Source of the DNA: Alistipes senegalensis
Lineage (GTDB): Bacteria; Bacteroidota; Bacteroidia; Bacteroidales; Rikenellaceae
Direction: 5' to 3'
DNA: 64,000 nucleotides
Assembly (NCBI GenBank): GCA_023665825.1
Contig: JAMPDE010000002.1
Location: 87,524-151,523, forward strand
Within the stretch, counting starts at the first letter, position 1. Every line of letters begins with the position of its first letter. Below the pieces are notes generated by a model. That model was not told where the DNA came from. It did no database searches and worked only from the letters and a program-made list of their open reading frames with translations. This document shows, piece after piece, positions 59,704 through 64,000 of the stretch. Made by a program: the position numbers and the translations under genes.

Positions 59704-61229
59704 TGGAGAAAATACTGATACTCGATTTCGGATCCCAATATACGCAGCTCATCGCCCGTCGCGTGCGCGAGTTGAATGTCTATTGCGAGATTCATCCCTT
59801 TCACAAAATTCCGGCACTGGATGATTCGGTGCGGGGCGTGATTCTTTCGGGGAGCCCGTGTTCCGTGCGCGATGCCGGAGCGCCCAATCCCGATTTGTCG
59901 GCTATCAAGGGGCGGCTTCCGCTGCTGGGCGTCTGCTATGGTGCCCAATTGCTGGCCGCAGCTTACGGCGGCGAGGTGTCGCCCGCTCCGAGCCGCGAAT
60001 ACGGTCGTGCGATGCTGACGGTAGGGGAGCCCTCCGATCCGCTGATGCAGGGTCTGCCGCAGACGACGCAGGTGTGGATGTCGCACGGCGATACGATTAC
60101 GCGTGTGCCGGACAATTACCGGTTGATTGCCGGTACGGAGGATGTGCGTGTGGCGGCTTTCCGTATCGAGGGAGAGCAGACGTGGGGCATTCAGTTTCAC
60201 CCCGAAGTCTATCATTCGACTGACGGCACGCAGTTGCTGCGCAATTTCGTGGTCGGCATCTGCGGCTGTTCGCAGACGTGGACGTCGGAAAGTTTCGTGG
60301 AGAGCACAGTGGCGGAACTGCGGGCCAAAATCGGCGACGACAAGGTGGTGCTCGGTTTGTCGGGTGGCGTGGATTCGTCGGTGGCAGCCGTGCTGCTGCA
60401 CAAGGCTATCGGGCGGAATCTCTATTGTATTTTCGTCGATTCGGGATTGCTTCGCAAGGACGAGTTCGAGGAGGTGCTCGCGTCGTACGAGGATATGGGG
60501 CTGAATGTCAAGGGGGTGAAAGCCGGTGCCAAGTTCTTGGGTGATTTGGCGGGTGTAACCGATCCCGAAAAGAAGCGCAAAATCATCGGTCGCGACTTCG
60601 TGGAGGTGTTCAACGAGGAGGCGCAACGCATCGACGGAGTGCGTTGGCTGGGACAGGGAACGATTTATCCCGACGTCATCGAATCGAGTTCGGTGAACGG
60701 CCCGTCGGCGACTATCAAATCGCATCACAACGTAGGCGGCTTGCCCGAAAAAATGCACTTGAAAATCGTCGAGCCGCTGCGCTTGCTTTTCAAGGACGAA
60801 GTGCGGCGCGTGGGGCGTTCGCTCGGCATCTCCGACCGGTTGATCGGTCGGCATCCGTTTCCGGGACCGGGCCTTGCGATTCGGATTTTGGGCGAAATTA
60901 CGCCCGAAAAGGTCGATATTTTGCAAAAAGTGGATAAAATCTATATCGACTCGTTGCGCGAAGCTGGTTTGTACGACAAGGTTTGGCAGGCCGGTGCGAT
61001 TTTGCTGCCCGTGCAGAGTGTCGGCGTGATGGGCGACGAACGAACGTATGAAAGTTGCGTCGCTTTGCGGGCCGTAACCTCGACCGACGGCATGACGGCC
61101 GATTGGGTACATCTGCCCTACGAATTTTTGGCCGACGTCTCGAATGCGATTATCAACAAGGTGCGCGGGGTCAACCGCGTGGTGTACGACATCTCGTCGA
61201 AACCGCCCGCCACGATCGAGTGGGAGTAG
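59700..61229 (+). CDS. guaA: GMP synthase (glutamine-hydrolysing)
   Basis: [52 protein letters not shown]. Confidence 0.97.
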   Translation: MMEKILILDFGSQYTQLIARRVRELNVYCEIHPFHKIPALDDSVRGVILSGSPCSVRDAGAPNPDLSAIKGRLPLLGVCYGAQLLAAAYGGEVSPAPSREYGRAMLTVGEPSDPLMQGLPQTTQVWMSHGDTITRVPDNYRLIAGTEDVRVAAFRIEGEQTWGIQFHPEVYHSTDGTQLLRNFVVGICGCSQTWTSESFVESTVAELRAKIGDDKVVLGLSGGVDSSVAAVLLHKAIGRNLYCIFVDSGLLRKDEFEEVLASYEDMGLNVKGVKAGAKFLGDLAGVTDPEKKRKIIGRDFVEVFNEEAQRIDGVRWLGQGTIYPDVIESSSVNGPSATIKSHHNVGGLPEKMHLKIVEPLRLLFKDEVRRVGRSLGISDRLIGRHPFPGPGLAIRILGEITPEKVDILQKVDKIYIDSLREAGLYDKVWQAGAILLPVQSVGVMGDERTYESCVALRAVTSTDGMTADWVHLPYEFLADVSNAIINKVRGVNRVVYDISSKPPATIEWE

Positions 61230-61337
61230 CGAATTTTGCATAAAATAGTTGTATCATAAACAAAAACGCCTATGGCATAGCACGGACAAGGTGCACGCAT
61301 TGTAGACATATTCGGAAAAAGCGTTAGCTTTTATTCT

Positions 61338-61487
61338 GGCCCTTGAAACTTAGGAAATTTCAAAGAAGCTACCAAGAGTAAAGCGTTGACGCTCACGCCG
61401 TACGGCGTGGGCTTTACTCATTTGTTTGGTAGCATGGTATCCTAAGACCTCAAGGACCGATAAAGGAGTTTGTCCGCGCTTTTTTTA
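61338..61487 (+). ncRNA. Candidate structured RNA / leader element (unassigned)
   Basis: Nested stems CCTTGA/TCAAGG, CTTAGGA/TCCTAAG, GCTACCAA/TTGGTAGC, GAGTAAAGC/GCTTTACTC, CACGCCG/CGGCGTG, followed by a T7 tract. Confidence 0.6.
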
Positions 61488-61566
61488 TGTGTGCACCGGA
61501 ACTTTCGCGACGACAGCCGCTGTCGGACAAAACGGAAACTTTTACCATTCTTAAATTTTGAAAAAC

Positions 61567-62223
61567 ATGAAAAAATTATTGATTGTAGTCATTGCTGTTC
61601 TTATTGCTGCTCCGGCGGTGTGCTTCCCGCAGAAAAAGAAAATCACGGTCATTCCGGCCGAAGCGAAAATCTATGTCGACGGACAGTATGTCGCTGATGG
61701 TTCCTACGTTTTGCAGTTCAACAAGAAGAACGAGGTTTATGTCATTAAATTGGAGTGCGAGGGTTACGCCACGAAAGAAAATCTGCGTGTCTTGCGGTCG
61801 GATACCCGAAATGCTATCGTTTATACGTTGAAAAAAGACGATTCGCTGGAAGGTTCGGTCGCTTCGGAATTGGCGAACCGTTACTTTACGGTTCGTGTGC
61901 GTGAAAACATCGACGAAGCGCAGGCGTGGAAGCTGCTGACACAGACCCTGTTGAATTATTACGATGAAATCAAGACCTCCGACCGTTCATCCGGCTTCAT
62001 GAATACGGCATGGGCATATCAGAGTTTTCCGATGGCCGAAGTAAAAGTTCGTACTCGTGTGCAAATCAAAGAGATTTCCAATGACGGCAATTTGACTTAT
62101 CAAATCCGTATTTCGTCGGAAATAGCCGATGTCGATGCCGGCGAGCAAGGGTTCAAGGCTTGGGGCCGTGTGCTGAAAAAATACGAACCGCTGATTAACG
62201 AAATGCAGATGCGTCTGCAATAA
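61567..62223 (+). CDS. Exported PEGA-like domain protein
   Basis: Signal peptide MKKLLIVVIAVLIAAPA and PAEAKIYVDGQYV PEGA-like motif. Confidence 0.75.
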   Translation: MKKLLIVVIAVLIAAPAVCFPQKKKITVIPAEAKIYVDGQYVADGSYVLQFNKKNEVYVIKLECEGYATKENLRVLRSDTRNAIVYTLKKDDSLEGSVASELANRYFTVRVRENIDEAQAWKLLTQTLLNYYDEIKTSDRSSGFMNTAWAYQSFPMAEVKVRTRVQIKEISNDGNLTYQIRISSEIADVDAGEQGFKAWGRVLKKYEPLINEMQMRLQ

Positions 62224-62234
62224 CACGAATCGCT

Positions 62235-62918
62235 ATGAAAAAAGCAATCTGCATTTTAGGAGCACTGCTTTCCCTGCTGCCATTTTGCGGTTCGGCGCAA
62301 GTGCATATCAAGGACGATTTCGAGGAGAACATCCACCTCGATTGGGTCGAACAGTCGACCAAAAAGATGAGTGCGCTTATCCGGAACGGCGCAATCGAAC
62401 TCGTCAGCAAGGATAAGGCGGTTCCGGCGCAAATCTGGGTGGAGGAGCTTCCCGTAGACATTGCGGGCGATTTTACGGTCAAGGCCGAAGTCGTCGTCCC
62501 GAAGCTGACCGATAAAACCTATTTCGGGATATTGTTCAATCGCCGTGACGATCCGATGAACGATTCGTGTTATGAGTACTATATCATTACGATGCGTCAA
62601 TGTTATAAAACTCAATCCGAACAAGTGGAAGTGGAGAATGGAGACAGTTTCGATTTTTCGGAACCCACGCTTCGTATCAGTCGGGATTGGATCAACAAGG
62701 GGACGATTAAGTTGAACGAAGGAAAAGGCAAACGAATCCCGATCGAAATCAAATACGTGGGCGGGAAGTTGGCGATTCTGGTAGACGGAATGGAAGCATT
62801 CCGCAAACAACGGAAGGAACTTTATTCGCCAGCATTCGGTTTCTGGACGCCCGGCGACACTTCGTTGCGCGTAACTTCGGTAGAGGTGATTCAGGATAGT
62901 TATTCTACATCCGAATAA
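62235..62918 (+). CDS. Hypothetical exported beta-rich protein
   Basis: Signal peptide ending GSA-QVHIKDDFE, beta-strand pattern, no recognised motif. Confidence 0.72.
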   Translation: MKKAICILGALLSLLPFCGSAQVHIKDDFEENIHLDWVEQSTKKMSALIRNGAIELVSKDKAVPAQIWVEELPVDIAGDFTVKAEVVVPKLTDKTYFGILFNRRDDPMNDSCYEYYIITMRQCYKTQSEQVEVENGDSFDFSEPTLRISRDWINKGTIKLNEGKGKRIPIEIKYVGGKLAILVDGMEAFRKQRKELYSPAFGFWTPGDTSLRVTSVEVIQDSYSTSE

Positions 62919-62939
62919 TTATTTCAAGTTCTTTATATA

Positions 62940-62979
62940 AAAGAAACCGGTCCCGGATATTTCCGAGACCGGTTTCTTT
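62940..62979. terminator. Bidirectional terminator
   Basis: AAAGAAACCGGTC...GACCGGTTTCTTT. Confidence 0.85.
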
Positions 62980-62997
62980 GAAAAAAATCCTTACGGA

Positions 62998-64000
<1,003 letters not shown>

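Overview
A GC-rich Bacteroidota chromosomal region, most likely Rikenellaceae/Alistipes-like. This is inferred from TAnnTTTG promoters, gene order and protein styles. It is mostly housekeeping: gyrB (partial), an ftsE-like ATPase, tmRNA, purT, feoB, an RND efflux operon, dnaG, smpB, tsaB, rmuC, rpe, rlmB, galK, fabD, speA, a sigma54-activator/lptE/secG cluster, galM, gltX, ychF, rsmI, guaB/guaA and eno (partial). I saw no integrase, transposase, prophage or CRISPR array. The most interesting signals are non-coding: (1) a TPP-type riboswitch whose pyrophosphate-contacting nucleotides appear substituted, upstream of a TonB receptor-HD hydrolase-PnuC operon with no thiamine pyrophosphokinase; (2) an unannotated ~120-nt rod-like RNA with a possible alternative fold just 3' of guaA; (3) a 32-bp promoter-bearing repeat unit in three copies; (4) an abrupt compositional shift in the dnaG 3' end followed by an inverted-repeat-bounded spacer; (5) a cobalamin riboswitch controlling a stand-alone DUF4465/BtuJ-like lipoprotein. 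All family assignments come from motif recognition by eye, not database searches.
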